A DNA stretch of 64,000 nt, taken from Promethearchaeia archaeon. GTDB taxonomy: Archaea > Asgardarchaeota > Lokiarchaeia > Sigyniarchaeales > SOKP01. The stretch spans positions 14,463-78,462 of the forward strand of contig JAHQWH010000224.1 of NCBI GenBank assembly GCA_029856105.1. The letters are read 5' to 3'. Positions 39,036 to 49,361 of the stretch are shown here, in pieces. Below the pieces are notes generated by a model. It ran no database searches. It had not been told where the DNA came from and worked only from the letters and a program-made list of their open reading frames with translations. Position 1 is the first letter of the stretch. Each line of letters opens with the position of its first letter. The position numbers were made by a program, and so were the translations under genes.

Positions 39036-39413
39036 TTACATAATTATGCTATTTACCGAATCTGGAGGATTAGGCGAAAAAAAAGACTGGATAAATTCAA
39101 TGTCGAGTTCGTTAAATACTGTGGTGCTCTTACATGAAGCAATTAAGATCCCATAGTGTTTTAACGGTTGTATTAATATTGCCCCATCAGAACAATCAAT
39201 TAGTATTCGTTTTAGATTGCCCGCTATTATTTCACCAACAAATTGCCTTCCTATCCACCTTAGAGCAGCACATATCGCGGCGATAAGTGTACGATCGGTG
39301 TTTTTATCTACAAAAGAAGCAATTGGTAAGCCTTCGTTACCCACAACTATGATTGCGCTAATTCCTATATTTTTCTTACACAAATTTTCTAGATATTCTT
39401 CTAGATTGGACAT
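39036..39413 (-). CDS. Roadblock/LC7 domain protein
   Basis: ISAIIVVGNEGLPIAS...IAAICAAL...LKRILIDCSDGAILI. Confidence 0.88.
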   Translation of the reverse strand: MSNLEEYLENLCKKNIGISAIIVVGNEGLPIASFVDKNTDRTLIAAICAALRWIGRQFVGEIIAGNLKRILIDCSDGAILIQPLKHYGILIASCKSTTVFNELDIEFIQSFFSPNPPDSVNSIIM

Positions 39414-39720
39414 TATAAATAAGCCCTCTGTTTTCGGCTAAAAATAATTTTAACAAGAAAATATTAGTAATCCCAAATATATATGTGTTTGCTTAGGGTG
39501 TAAAATAAAAATGTCGGAAATTTGTTTTAAGAGCAATTCAAACCTAACTCTCACCCTACCTCCTATACAAAGTAAGATTGATTTATTTTCAAAAAAAGTG
39601 CTATTAAATTGCTATAAAATGTATTTTTAATTATATGTTCTAATAATAAGTTTTCTTAAAAAACCAACATTATCAATTTTTAAACCTTAATTTAAACGGT
39701 CTTGGCCTTAGATAATAGAG

Positions 39721-39738
39721 AGTGTGAATATTCACACT
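39721..39738. promoter_or_regulatory. Perfect 18-bp palindrome AGTGTGAATATTCACACT, candidate transcription-factor site
   Basis: Read directly from the sequence; about 76 bp upstream of the FrhB-family ATG at 39815. Confidence 0.6.
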
Positions 39739-39814
39739 AGCTTTATATTTTATGTTCCATTTTATAAAACAAATTTTTATCTATAAAAATATACATATTA
39801 AAGTGTCTAATTTA

Positions 39815-40753
39815 ATGAAGATTGAAAAATCAAGTCAAGAACTTGAAAATGAAGTAATTTATGCCGGTTTATGCATTCATTGCGGAAGTTGTAACGCGTT
39901 TTGCCCACATATGGATTTTAACGAAGAAACTGGACAAGCTTATGTCGTTGACGAATGTGCTGAGACTGTTGGTTTGTGCTATAATGCATGCCCACGAAGT
40001 TTCCTTCCTGTTTCCGAAATTGAAAGAAAAATGTTCGGTCAAAATCGCGTTGACTTAGCTGTTGGAGTATATAAAGATATAATTCAGGTTAAATCCAAAA
40101 ATAAAGATGAGCTTTTGTATAATTTAGTTTCAGCCGCATTTGACTCTGGAATTGTTAAACACTTTGTTTTGAGTAAACCTAAAAGCAAAAAACCACCCGT
40201 TGCTTTTCCTGTAGTTGTTGATAGCGCAAAGGATGCTAAACAATACATCCCTACCAACCCCAATCAAAACGCTGGGCCCTTAATCACGGGAATTGGAAGA
40301 GCTTATTTGGATAGAAAGAGAGATATAGGTATTATAGCGAATCCATGTCATCTTCAAGGTCTTGCAAAAATTTTAACGAGCGATTTTAACACGGGTGCTG
40401 AGCGTACTTCCCTAAAGATAGCCTTTGCCTGTTCTTCTGGTGGAATGGCGGGTTGTAAATATTGTACTGATTACTCTGGCGAGTTTTCTGATATTTCTTA
40501 TAGTCCATGGGGCGCACCTAAAGGTTCTGGAGAATCGTTTTTGATTGTGAGAACTGATGTAGGTCAAAAAGTCGTAGATCACGCAATAAAGATGAAATTA
40601 ATCGAAATTACAAATAAAGAGCCCGATCTTAGCGAAATGAAAAAGTTCATAGATAAGAAGAGAAAGAAAAACTTCTTAAATTTGTTAGGTAGAGATTTAA
40701 TTACTGCCAAATACTTGCATTTAAACATTGACGAATTCAAAGATATTCTCTAA
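39815..40753 (+). CDS. Coenzyme F420 hydrogenase/dehydrogenase beta-subunit (FrhB/FdhB) family protein with N-terminal ferredoxin
   Basis: CIHCGSCNAFCP...C...GLCYNACPR; IIANPCHLQG; GCKYCTDYSGEFSDIS. Confidence 0.88.
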   Translation: MKIEKSSQELENEVIYAGLCIHCGSCNAFCPHMDFNEETGQAYVVDECAETVGLCYNACPRSFLPVSEIERKMFGQNRVDLAVGVYKDIIQVKSKNKDELLYNLVSAAFDSGIVKHFVLSKPKSKKPPVAFPVVVDSAKDAKQYIPTNPNQNAGPLITGIGRAYLDRKRDIGIIANPCHLQGLAKILTSDFNTGAERTSLKIAFACSSGGMAGCKYCTDYSGEFSDISYSPWGAPKGSGESFLIVRTDVGQKVVDHAIKMKLIEITNKEPDLSEMKKFIDKKRKKNFLNLLGRDLITAKYLHLNIDEFKDIL

Positions 40754-40770
40754 TAAAATTTTTGAAGTAG

Positions 40771-41313
40771 TTAACCCAAACCCATTTTTTTTTGTATTTC
40801 TTTTATCAACATTTCAAATATAATTTTATTATTTTCGCCCGATTTTGAGCTAGTTTCAAAAAGTTGAGGGATATCATGTTCTTTCCGAAACTCCTCAGCT
40901 TCTTCCCGCTTAACAGTTCGTCTAGTGTCAGCTAGATCAACTTTCTCTCCAATTAGTATAAACACGGGGTCTAAAGAATTGTCTTGAACAATATCGTACC
41001 ATTCTTGAAGGTTCTGGAAACTCGTATATCTAGTAATATCGTAACATAGCAGGCAACCGTGAGCGCCTCTTGCATAATTTGGTAAAAAAAATCTGAACCT
41101 TTTTTCGCCAGCGAAGTCCCAGATTTGAAGTTTTACTACCAGATTTTCAAATTCCATTTGATAAGTGGCTAAATCCGTTCCAATAGTGATTTTCATTGGA
41201 GTAAAATGCCCAGTAATCAGTCTCTGTATCATGGTGCTTTTACCGGTCCCCCCATCTCCTACAACGACTACCTTAAAAAGATATTTGCGTTTTTGCTCGG
41301 TTGGTTGAGACAT
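40771..41313 (-). CDS. Rab-like small GTPase
   Basis: YLFKVVVVGDGGTGKS, TIG, KLQIWDFAGE, YARGAHG, ETSSK; no C-terminal prenylation Cys. Confidence 0.92.
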   Translation of the reverse strand: MSQPTEQKRKYLFKVVVVGDGGTGKSTMIQRLITGHFTPMKITIGTDLATYQMEFENLVVKLQIWDFAGEKRFRFFLPNYARGAHGCLLCYDITRYTSFQNLQEWYDIVQDNSLDPVFILIGEKVDLADTRRTVKREEAEEFRKEHDIPQLFETSSKSGENNKIIFEMLIKEIQKKMGLG

Positions 41314-41386
41314 AATATACAATTATTTGAAATTCAAGTAATTAATATATGGATAAGATTTTAATAAATTAAAATAATCCTATAAT

Positions 41387-42286
41387 TTATTCTCTAGCTA
41401 AATCTCGATTAAATTTTTTATTTATTTTAGTAAGATTTTCGATCATGTTTTTACGATCTTCTTCGGGTAATTCTTTCATTAACTCTTCTAAATTAGCGTG
41501 ATTTATGTTGTTCAAATCTTTGTAGATGAAGATAAGTAAAAAACTTGCTATTAAAGGAGCAATTATAACAATTAAAAACGAAATGATAGATATATTTAAT
41601 GGCAGTGAACCCTCAATTCCAGTGCCCGGTAGATAATACGAAAGTCTTGAAAAAGTGCTATCTATAAATAAAGTAAAACTTATATTTAAGATGTTTAGGA
41701 ATATGAATGTACTTAAGTTAACAATGCTTACAATTTTAAAACTCTTCAATTTTAGATGTGAGATCACTTTATCTAAATCGCTTTTAAGTAAAGTATTGTT
41801 TTGAGCTTGCGTACTGAGTTTATTATTTTTTAACCGAATTACTATTTTGGAATACTTCCATACATCAGTTAGAATCCAATAAAACCCGAATGTGTAGAGA
41901 AAGTTAAAAATTACGTTAAAAAATACATCATAGTATTGAATTAGCTGTGGATGATAATAAGATTCTGCTCCTATCCAAAATAATAAAATTAATTGGAGTA
42001 TTGCCGCGAAAAACAATCGATTAGCGTGCTTTTTTTCCAATCCAATGGGATTATAAATAATTTGGGTGCTATTAGACATGGTTCTCCATTTATTTGTATT
42101 AATTATTCTGAAAAATACAGAATACGCAAATGTAATAGTTGGAAATAGCAGTAGAAATAAATTTACCCAAGATTGAGTGAGGATAAATAAATACAAAATA
42201 ATAAAAATTATTATGTCTCTGAGTAAAGTCTCATTGAGTAATTCTCTTAGAAGTAAATAATTTTCATCAGAATTATTTTCAATCAT
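41387..42286 (-). CDS. Hypothetical multi-pass membrane protein
   Basis: About six hydrophobic segments. Confidence 0.75.
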   Translation of the reverse strand: MIENNSDENYLLLRELLNETLLRDIIIFIILYLFILTQSWVNLFLLLFPTITFAYSVFFRIINTNKWRTMSNSTQIIYNPIGLEKKHANRLFFAAILQLILLFWIGAESYYHPQLIQYYDVFFNVIFNFLYTFGFYWILTDVWKYSKIVIRLKNNKLSTQAQNNTLLKSDLDKVISHLKLKSFKIVSIVNLSTFIFLNILNISFTLFIDSTFSRLSYYLPGTGIEGSLPLNISIISFLIVIIAPLIASFLLIFIYKDLNNINHANLEELMKELPEEDRKNMIENLTKINKKFNRDLARE

Positions 42287-42377
42287 TTTTTAATAATAAA
42301 TAATAAAAAACATATATACTCTATGATATTATTAGTTCTAAATTATAGGTTAACAATACTAACCTAAAAATCCTTCG

Positions 42378-44357
42378 GTGAACAAAATAAATTATCTTGA
42401 TTTCTTTCCATATGACCAATTTAGACGCGACCAAGAAGATATCATCAAAAAAGTTGAACAGGCTTCAATTGAAAAGAAAATTACTTTACTTGCAGCTCCA
42501 AATGGTACAGGTAAGACAATAATTGCTTTAAGTGCCTTACTACCTCTAGCAATACGAAATAATCTAAAAATCATCTATATGTGTCGTACCCATTCTCAGA
42601 ATACAAGGATTATTAAAGAGCTAACGAAGATTTCAATCTTTCTAAAAAAGAAAGCCCCCCAAATCCAAATAAGCGGACTATCCATTAGGGGAAGAAACGA
42701 AATGTGCCTTAACGAAACTTTATTATCGTTAAAACTTAAACCAAAAGAATCGATGTCCGTATGTGGAGACTTAAGAAAAAATAAAAATTGTAGATATTAT
42801 CTAAATTTAATCAAAAAAAGAAATGAATACGATAACCCTATCGATATTGCTCCCGATTTATTAAGTAAACCGGTTGATGCCGAAGAATTAATTAACTTAT
42901 GTAAAGATCAAAAATTATGTCCTTATTTTTTGAGCAAATTCCTTCTAAAAGAAATGAGATTGATCGCATGCAATTACCAGTGGATTTTCAATCCTTTTAT
43001 ACGCGAAAATTTTTTACAATTTATAGATGAAGAGCTTAATAATTGCATTTTAGTGCTTGATGAATGTCATAATGTAATTGATATGGCAACAGAAATTAAT
43101 TCCGATAGAATAACGCCGTACTCACTAAGAATATGTCTAAAGGATTTAGAGATTTTCAGGTCACCAAGTATTATGCAGAGGTTTGTAAAAGTCCTATTAA
43201 GCCATTTAGAAAAGAAGAAAAAGAGTTTAAGTGTGTCAGAAATAGAAATTAAAGCAGAAAATTTCCTGCTTCAAGTTTATTCAAAGTTAGGGCTTTCAAA
43301 CTTAAACGATTTTAAGAATCTCGTTAGGGATATACACAATTTCAGTGTTTCAATTCACGACGAAAAGGCTGCAAACGGTGATGTTTCAAGAGATTTCATA
43401 GGGCCTTTAGCAGAGTTCTGGCTAAAATGGATAAGAAGCTATTTACTGGATAATTACTTCTTTTGTTATAATCTTAAAAGGGTAAGAGAGCGACCGATAA
43501 TTTCAATAGAAATTGTTGCGTTAGACCCAAGAGATATTGTTATTCCCATCTTAAAAGAGTGTTATACTAGTGTGCATCTTTCTGGGACCGTAAATCCTTA
43601 TGTTTATAATAATTTAATGGGTTTGAGAGAAAGTGGAAAAAGTTATAAGGGAATCGTTGCGAGTTCACCATTTCAAAAGGAAAACATTAAAGCATTAATT
43701 ACAGAAGGTGTAGACACGCGTAGAGGGAGTCGAACAGGCCCAATGTTTAAAAAGATTCTCTCTAAAATTGATGAAGTAATTTATAGCACTCCTGCTAATA
43801 TAGGCATCTTTTGTGCTTCATATAAAGTTCTAAACGCATTAGTTACGAACGGTATTGAATCTATAGCTAATAAGAATAAAAAACAATTATTTATCGAGGA
43901 ACCAGGACTTTCTGCTTCAGAAAATGCCTTCTTGGTAAACGATTTTAAATCAATGGCATCACCTTCTCGTAATGGAGCTGTTTTATTGGGCGTGTGTGGA
44001 GGAAGAAATTCAGAAGGAGAAGATTATCCGGGAGATTATATGAATTCAGTAATTATCGCTGGATTTCCGTATCATTTACCCGCCCCCCGAGTTAATGCAA
44101 AAATAGAATATTACGATAAGGTTTTTGATAAACAAGGATGGAATTTCGCATACCTATATCCTGCCGTTCAAAGGGCAAACCAAGCTTCTGGGCGTCCTAT
44201 ACGAAAAATAAAAGATAAAGGCGCAATAATATTTATGGATTTCCGTTTTAAACAAAAGCACAAATGGATTTCTGAATGGATAAGAAAAGAACTTGAAGTT
44301 GTGCCAGATAAGGAAGGTGTTTTAACAAAAAATTTATATCATTTTTGGCACAGTTAA
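42378..44357 (+). CDS. xpd: XPD/Rad3-family Fe-S DNA helicase
   Basis: APNGTGKT, RTHSQ, Fe-S Cys (MC..C..C..CPY), LDECHN, SGT, SEGEDY, QASGRPIR. Confidence 0.92.
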   Translation: MNKINYLDFFPYDQFRRDQEDIIKKVEQASIEKKITLLAAPNGTGKTIIALSALLPLAIRNNLKIIYMCRTHSQNTRIIKELTKISIFLKKKAPQIQISGLSIRGRNEMCLNETLLSLKLKPKESMSVCGDLRKNKNCRYYLNLIKKRNEYDNPIDIAPDLLSKPVDAEELINLCKDQKLCPYFLSKFLLKEMRLIACNYQWIFNPFIRENFLQFIDEELNNCILVLDECHNVIDMATEINSDRITPYSLRICLKDLEIFRSPSIMQRFVKVLLSHLEKKKKSLSVSEIEIKAENFLLQVYSKLGLSNLNDFKNLVRDIHNFSVSIHDEKAANGDVSRDFIGPLAEFWLKWIRSYLLDNYFFCYNLKRVRERPIISIEIVALDPRDIVIPILKECYTSVHLSGTVNPYVYNNLMGLRESGKSYKGIVASSPFQKENIKALITEGVDTRRGSRTGPMFKKILSKIDEVIYSTPANIGIFCASYKVLNALVTNGIESIANKNKKQLFIEEPGLSASENAFLVNDFKSMASPSRNGAVLLGVCGGRNSEGEDYPGDYMNSVIIAGFPYHLPAPRVNAKIEYYDKVFDKQGWNFAYLYPAVQRANQASGRPIRKIKDKGAIIFMDFRFKQKHKWISEWIRKELEVVPDKEGVLTKNLYHFWHS

Positions 44358-44408
44358 AATATTTGAAAGAATCAATTATTTTTCATCAATTCAAGAAGTT
44401 CAACACAT

Positions 44409-46202
44409 TTATTGTAAATTAAAGTACAGATTCGCTAATTTTTTAGAAACAATGCTCCATGTAAAATTCGTCTTAACCCTTTTGTAGCAATTCTCCTTAA
44501 TTTTCAGAAAATAATATGGATCTAATAAAACATGTGATTTAATGATTTCGTCTGGTATCTGGTTAATGATATTTAGAATATCAATATCATAGATTGTTTT
44601 ATTTTCAGAATTCTTCATAAGTTGCGCAACTTCTGACGCTTTAAAGAGGGATATTAAAGCATTTGCAAATTGTTGGTGGTTGTCTTTTTCTATTAGAATA
44701 CCAGTACCTATTTCGGGAAAAGTTTTTACATCAATAATAGTTTCTTGCAAGCCTCCAACTTTACTTGCAATGATGGGCATTTTAGATGCCATAGCTTCTA
44801 ATGCCATAATACCAAATGGTTCCCATCGAGATAAAGCACAATAAACATCGGCAGATATATGTGCCAGATAAAAAATATCGGAAGCTACTCCGAAAATTAT
44901 GCGTATGTTTTCAGGATATTGTTTAACATAGTGAGCATATGTTTTAATTTCATTTAAGCTATAATCAGTTGGTAATATGAGAAAAAGGAATTTAGCATTA
45001 GGAACTGCCTTTAAGACCTCTGGAATTGCTTCAAAAATAATTTCAAAACCTTTTTGAGGAGAAACCCTTCCTGTCGTAAGAACTAACGGGCCTGATTCTG
45101 AAAAGGCTTTAATATTACCGTTTTTAATAAAGGGATTTCCGTTTGATATTTCGTTTATTGTATCCAAAACGGATTTAGAATTAATTAATGGGCTTTGGCT
45201 GAGATTACCTATTTTATACTCTAAAAGGAACTTTTTCATATTGATATTTGTAACCTCAGTTTCTTCTGAGAGATTTAGGAATTCGCGAATTTCTTTTCCA
45301 TGAATTGCTACTACTCTTTTATAAATCTCATAATAATCCCAATCGCATCCATCCCAAACAAAATCAGCCTTGAACTCTATTAATTTTTTGCCACAATTTG
45401 GAATAATATCTGATATTAAATATGATTGACTTACTGTAGTAACCACATCTGATATAATAGCCCCAATCTTTTCAACTGTGGGTACTGTAGACTCAAGACC
45501 CGATCCGTTAAATTCCTTAGATAGTCTAAATATTTCTTTCAAATTTAACATTTTAAACCCTTCATTCAACAAGACTCTAATAGGCGTTTCGTCTATTCCA
45601 CTTGCTCTATAAAAGTCGTATTCGAACCTCGGCCAAGTTAATAAGTGTATAGTTAATATTGAAGCAACTTTTAAACTATTTTTTGCTAAGATCTGTTTCA
45701 TTCCAATGTAAGGCAAAACAACGTGGTAATCGTGCATATGAACGACTTCAGGCAATTTATTCCTGTTATTTTCTAAAAAGAATTCTACTAAACATTGAAT
45801 CCCAATGCTAAAAAGAGATATTTTACCATTTATTGTTTCTGGATTATAAACCGTCTTATCATCCAAATACTTTGATGTGAAAGAATTTTCTCCAGAAACT
45901 AAAACGATGTTCACATTTTCCATTTTAAATTTGTAAAATGTAATATAATAGCTAGCTTCCTGCTCTTTTATTCCGATAAAAGAAGGATTAATTTGACCAA
46001 CACAACTGAATGGTAATTTTTCCAATTTATATTTGTTTTTGAGATTTTCAAGTTGCCCATGGGACGGCATAAATACAGTTATATCGAACTGTTCAACTAA
46101 ATGTTTTGCTTGGTTTGCAGGTACCTCCCCAAGTCCTCCTACTTTAGCTACACCAGCGTACTCAAATGAAAAAATCCATACTTTTTTCTTATTTTCTATC
46201 AA
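44409..46202 (-). CDS. glgA: Glycogen synthase (GT5)
   Basis: KVGGLGEV, HMHDYH, GR...QKG, SRWEPFGIMALEAMA, VGGLQETI. Confidence 0.9.
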   Translation of the reverse strand: MIENKKKVWIFSFEYAGVAKVGGLGEVPANQAKHLVEQFDITVFMPSHGQLENLKNKYKLEKLPFSCVGQINPSFIGIKEQEASYYITFYKFKMENVNIVLVSGENSFTSKYLDDKTVYNPETINGKISLFSIGIQCLVEFFLENNRNKLPEVVHMHDYHVVLPYIGMKQILAKNSLKVASILTIHLLTWPRFEYDFYRASGIDETPIRVLLNEGFKMLNLKEIFRLSKEFNGSGLESTVPTVEKIGAIISDVVTTVSQSYLISDIIPNCGKKLIEFKADFVWDGCDWDYYEIYKRVVAIHGKEIREFLNLSEETEVTNINMKKFLLEYKIGNLSQSPLINSKSVLDTINEISNGNPFIKNGNIKAFSESGPLVLTTGRVSPQKGFEIIFEAIPEVLKAVPNAKFLFLILPTDYSLNEIKTYAHYVKQYPENIRIIFGVASDIFYLAHISADVYCALSRWEPFGIMALEAMASKMPIIASKVGGLQETIIDVKTFPEIGTGILIEKDNHQQFANALISLFKASEVAQLMKNSENKTIYDIDILNIINQIPDEIIKSHVLLDPYYFLKIKENCYKRVKTNFTWSIVSKKLANLYFNLQ

Positions 46203-46365
46203 ATTAGCTTATTTTTTAAAGAACTTAATTTTCTGGAAAAAAGCTCAAGACTTATTTAATTATTAATATTTATTTAAAGACTTAAAATATTACTTTTATT
46301 AAAGTTTAATTAAATTTACCTATTGTTTGGGGCTATCTCGGTAAAAATAAAATATTTTTATTAAT

Positions 46366-48015
46366 TTATTTATCGCTTTTATGTTTTAAAATTTGACCGT
46401 TTAAAGCTCCAGTATGGATGCCCTTTTTAACGGCTATTTTACCATTTACGATAACATAGTCAATTCCTTCAGGAAATTGGCGCCCATTTTTGTATGTAGA
46501 TTTATCTTCTATTTTTTCAAAATCAAATATTACTATATCAGCTTTTTTATTTTCTTTAATTTCGCCGCGATCACTTAATCCCAATATGGTCGCCGGTAAA
46601 GAAGTCATCTTCTTAATTGCTTTTTCTAAAGATACTATGTTTTTTTCCCTTACATATTTAGATAAGATTTTAGGAAATGTCCCGTACGATCGCGGGTGAG
46701 TATTTGCGTCTTTAACCAAAAAACCGTCAGAACCTACGCATACAAAATCTTGTTTAAAAAGGGAATAAATGCTTTTTGCTTCGCTCATCATTCTCATAGA
46801 AACCATTATTCCCCCTTCTTCATCTCTTACAAAATCTAATAAACCATCAATAAATTTTCTTTTCGGATATAAAATTTCGATAGCGCGCCCTAAAAATTCT
46901 CCCTCTATTTTATGATTATGCGTTACACTAATTATTCTCACTGATTTTTCAAAAAACCTTAAGAGAAATTGTCGTAAAATAATTTTAGGGATAATTCCTA
47001 TTGCTTTAGGAGCGCTTGACAAAAAATTAGCTGATATTAAAGTAAATATTTCATTAATAATTTTTTTTCTTTTTTCTAAATCAGTGAGATTTTCTTTAAA
47101 ATTATCGTAGACCCAAGGCTGAAGTAGGACATAGGATAGACTTGTAGAACTTTCTTCGTAAGGATATAAATCGGCATGGATTTTTAACCCCTGTTCTCTA
47201 GCTTCTTTCACTAAATTTATCATGTCTGAAGTTAATTTCCAAGCAAAGCTACTTCCAGCTTTCCAATGAGAAATTTGTGCTTGAACATTTGCTTCTCTGG
47301 CAATTTTTATTAATTCAGTCATACCTATTTTGATTACATCTCCTCCTTCGTTTCTCATATGCGAATCGTAAATACCCTTATATTGAGCTACAACTTTGCA
47401 TAATTCAATTATTTCTTCTGTAGATGTTATAGAGCCTGGAGGGTAAATTAAACCCGTAGTTAAACCAAACGCTCCAGCTTTCATCCCTTCTTCTACGCTT
47501 TTTTTCATCCCTTCGATTTCCCTTTCGTTTGCAGGTCGCCTTTCAGAACCCAAAACTAAAAACCTAACGTTTCCATGCGGGATAAAAAAAGCAAGATTAA
47601 TAGAAACCCCTTTTTTAACGATCGCATCCATATATTCTTGAATTGTATCATATAATATATCAGAGGACCCAAAAATGTTTTTAACGAAATTACGGTAATA
47701 TTCTCTTACTTTTTCGTTAGCGGGAGCAAGGCCTATTCCGCACATCCCAACTACGAGAGTCGTTACACCCTGCATTATGGACGCTTCTGCTTTATTTATC
47801 TCCAGAATTGAAAGGTCTCCGTGATGATGCATGTCAATAAAACCGGGGGCAACAATTTTATTTGAAGCGTCAATTATTTCTGTTCCAGCTGCATCAATGT
47901 TCTGTTTGATTTGAACAACCTTATCCCCTTCAATTAAAATATCCGATATAAAGCCTTGTGAACCGGTACCATCAAAAATCAGTCCATTTTTAATTAATAA
48001 TCCCACTAATATCAA
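46366..48015 (-). CDS. N-acyl-D-amino-acid deacylase family amidohydrolase
   Basis: PGFIDMHHHGD, QGVTT..GMCG, HMRNEG, SHWK, GSDG...HPRSYGTFP. Confidence 0.92.
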   Translation of the reverse strand: MILVGLLIKNGLIFDGTGSQGFISDILIEGDKVVQIKQNIDAAGTEIIDASNKIVAPGFIDMHHHGDLSILEINKAEASIMQGVTTLVVGMCGIGLAPANEKVREYYRNFVKNIFGSSDILYDTIQEYMDAIVKKGVSINLAFFIPHGNVRFLVLGSERRPANEREIEGMKKSVEEGMKAGAFGLTTGLIYPPGSITSTEEIIELCKVVAQYKGIYDSHMRNEGGDVIKIGMTELIKIAREANVQAQISHWKAGSSFAWKLTSDMINLVKEAREQGLKIHADLYPYEESSTSLSYVLLQPWVYDNFKENLTDLEKRKKIINEIFTLISANFLSSAPKAIGIIPKIILRQFLLRFFEKSVRIISVTHNHKIEGEFLGRAIEILYPKRKFIDGLLDFVRDEEGGIMVSMRMMSEAKSIYSLFKQDFVCVGSDGFLVKDANTHPRSYGTFPKILSKYVREKNIVSLEKAIKKMTSLPATILGLSDRGEIKENKKADIVIFDFEKIEDKSTYKNGRQFPEGIDYVIVNGKIAVKKGIHTGALNGQILKHKSDK

Positions 48016-48158
48016 CCATAATTAATTTTCGAGTTCTTCTTATTTGATAAAATTAACAATTTCATTTTAACTATAATTATTAAATTAAATAATTAAAATT
48101 TTTATTGAGTTATTCTTATAGAATTAAATAAATAAACGAAAATTTAGAAAAAGAAATT

Positions 48159-49361
48159 ATGTGCGATACATTAGTAGCATTAGGAAATTCAACTAAAGAT
48201 GGAAATGTAGTTTTTGGAAAAAATAGCGATAGACAACAATCTGAAGCTCAATTAATAACATACGCTCCACGAAAAAAATACTCTCTTGGAGAGGAAGTAA
48301 AATGTACTCATATTGTAATTCCCCAAGTGCCAGAAACAGCATCGATAATTTTAAGTCAACCATATTGGATGTGGGGAGCTGAAATGGGTACTAATGAGTA
48401 TGGAGTTGTTATTGGTAATGAAGCGGTTGCTTCAAAAGAACCTTTAAATGAAAACGGACTTCTTGGAATGGATCTTATAAGATTAGGACTTGAACGGGGA
48501 AAAACAGCAAAAGCAGCATTAGAAATAATTATAGAACTACTTGAGAAGTATGGACAAGGAGGAGCTCACACATTAAAAGGGAGTAATAATAGTAATTCCA
48601 TGATTATAGCGGATGAAAAAGAAGCTTATGTGTTAGAGGCAGTTGGAGATTGGTGGATTGTTGAGATTGTTAAAAATTATCGATCAATTTCTAATCACAT
48701 CTCAATTAGAGGTAAAGGAGATATTAGAAAAAAGGGTATAATAACACATGCTATTGAAAAAGGGTATTGTAAGGATGATAATGATTTTGATTTTAAAATG
48801 AACTTTTCTCGAGTTTCTTTACCAGATAAATGGCCACTTACATCTAGAGATGGATGTTCATTGAATCAATTGTCTACAAATAAGGGTAAAATTACGCCAG
48901 CCCTAATGATGGAATTCTTAAGAGAACATGAAGTTGGTATTTGTATGCATGGTCGTGCTGATCGATCAGTAGGGTCTCAAGTTTCCCATTTAAGAAAAGG
49001 AAAGAAATCAATACATTGGTTTACTGGGAATACGATCCCGTGCTTAGGTATATTTAAACCCTACACTTTCCCTTATGAAGGAAAAAAATTTACTAAGCCA
49101 GGACCTTATTCTGAAATTAATCCTGATTGGTTTTGGACTCGTCATGATAAATTCGTGGAAAAAATTGCTCGAAGGCCAAAAAATGATAATTCTGAAAGAA
49201 ATATATACTATGGAAAAATAAGAACCGTAGAAAACGAAATATTGAGACGTACGGAGGAGATTATTAATACAAAAAACGATATCTCAGAAAACGAATTTAA
49301 TAAGTTGATAAGAGAAGTTAATAATTATGCGTGGGATAAATCAGAAGAACTGGTTAGTTGA
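48159..49361 (+). CDS. Peptidase C69/secernin family Ntn hydrolase (copy 1)
   Basis: MCDTLVA, FGKNSDR, WMWGAEMGTNEYGV, LLGMDLIRLGLER. Confidence 0.92.
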   Translation: MCDTLVALGNSTKDGNVVFGKNSDRQQSEAQLITYAPRKKYSLGEEVKCTHIVIPQVPETASIILSQPYWMWGAEMGTNEYGVVIGNEAVASKEPLNENGLLGMDLIRLGLERGKTAKAALEIIIELLEKYGQGGAHTLKGSNNSNSMIIADEKEAYVLEAVGDWWIVEIVKNYRSISNHISIRGKGDIRKKGIITHAIEKGYCKDDNDFDFKMNFSRVSLPDKWPLTSRDGCSLNQLSTNKGKITPALMMEFLREHEVGICMHGRADRSVGSQVSHLRKGKKSIHWFTGNTIPCLGIFKPYTFPYEGKKFTKPGPYSEINPDWFWTRHDKFVEKIARRPKNDNSERNIYYGKIRTVENEILRRTEEIINTKNDISENEFNKLIREVNNYAWDKSEELVS

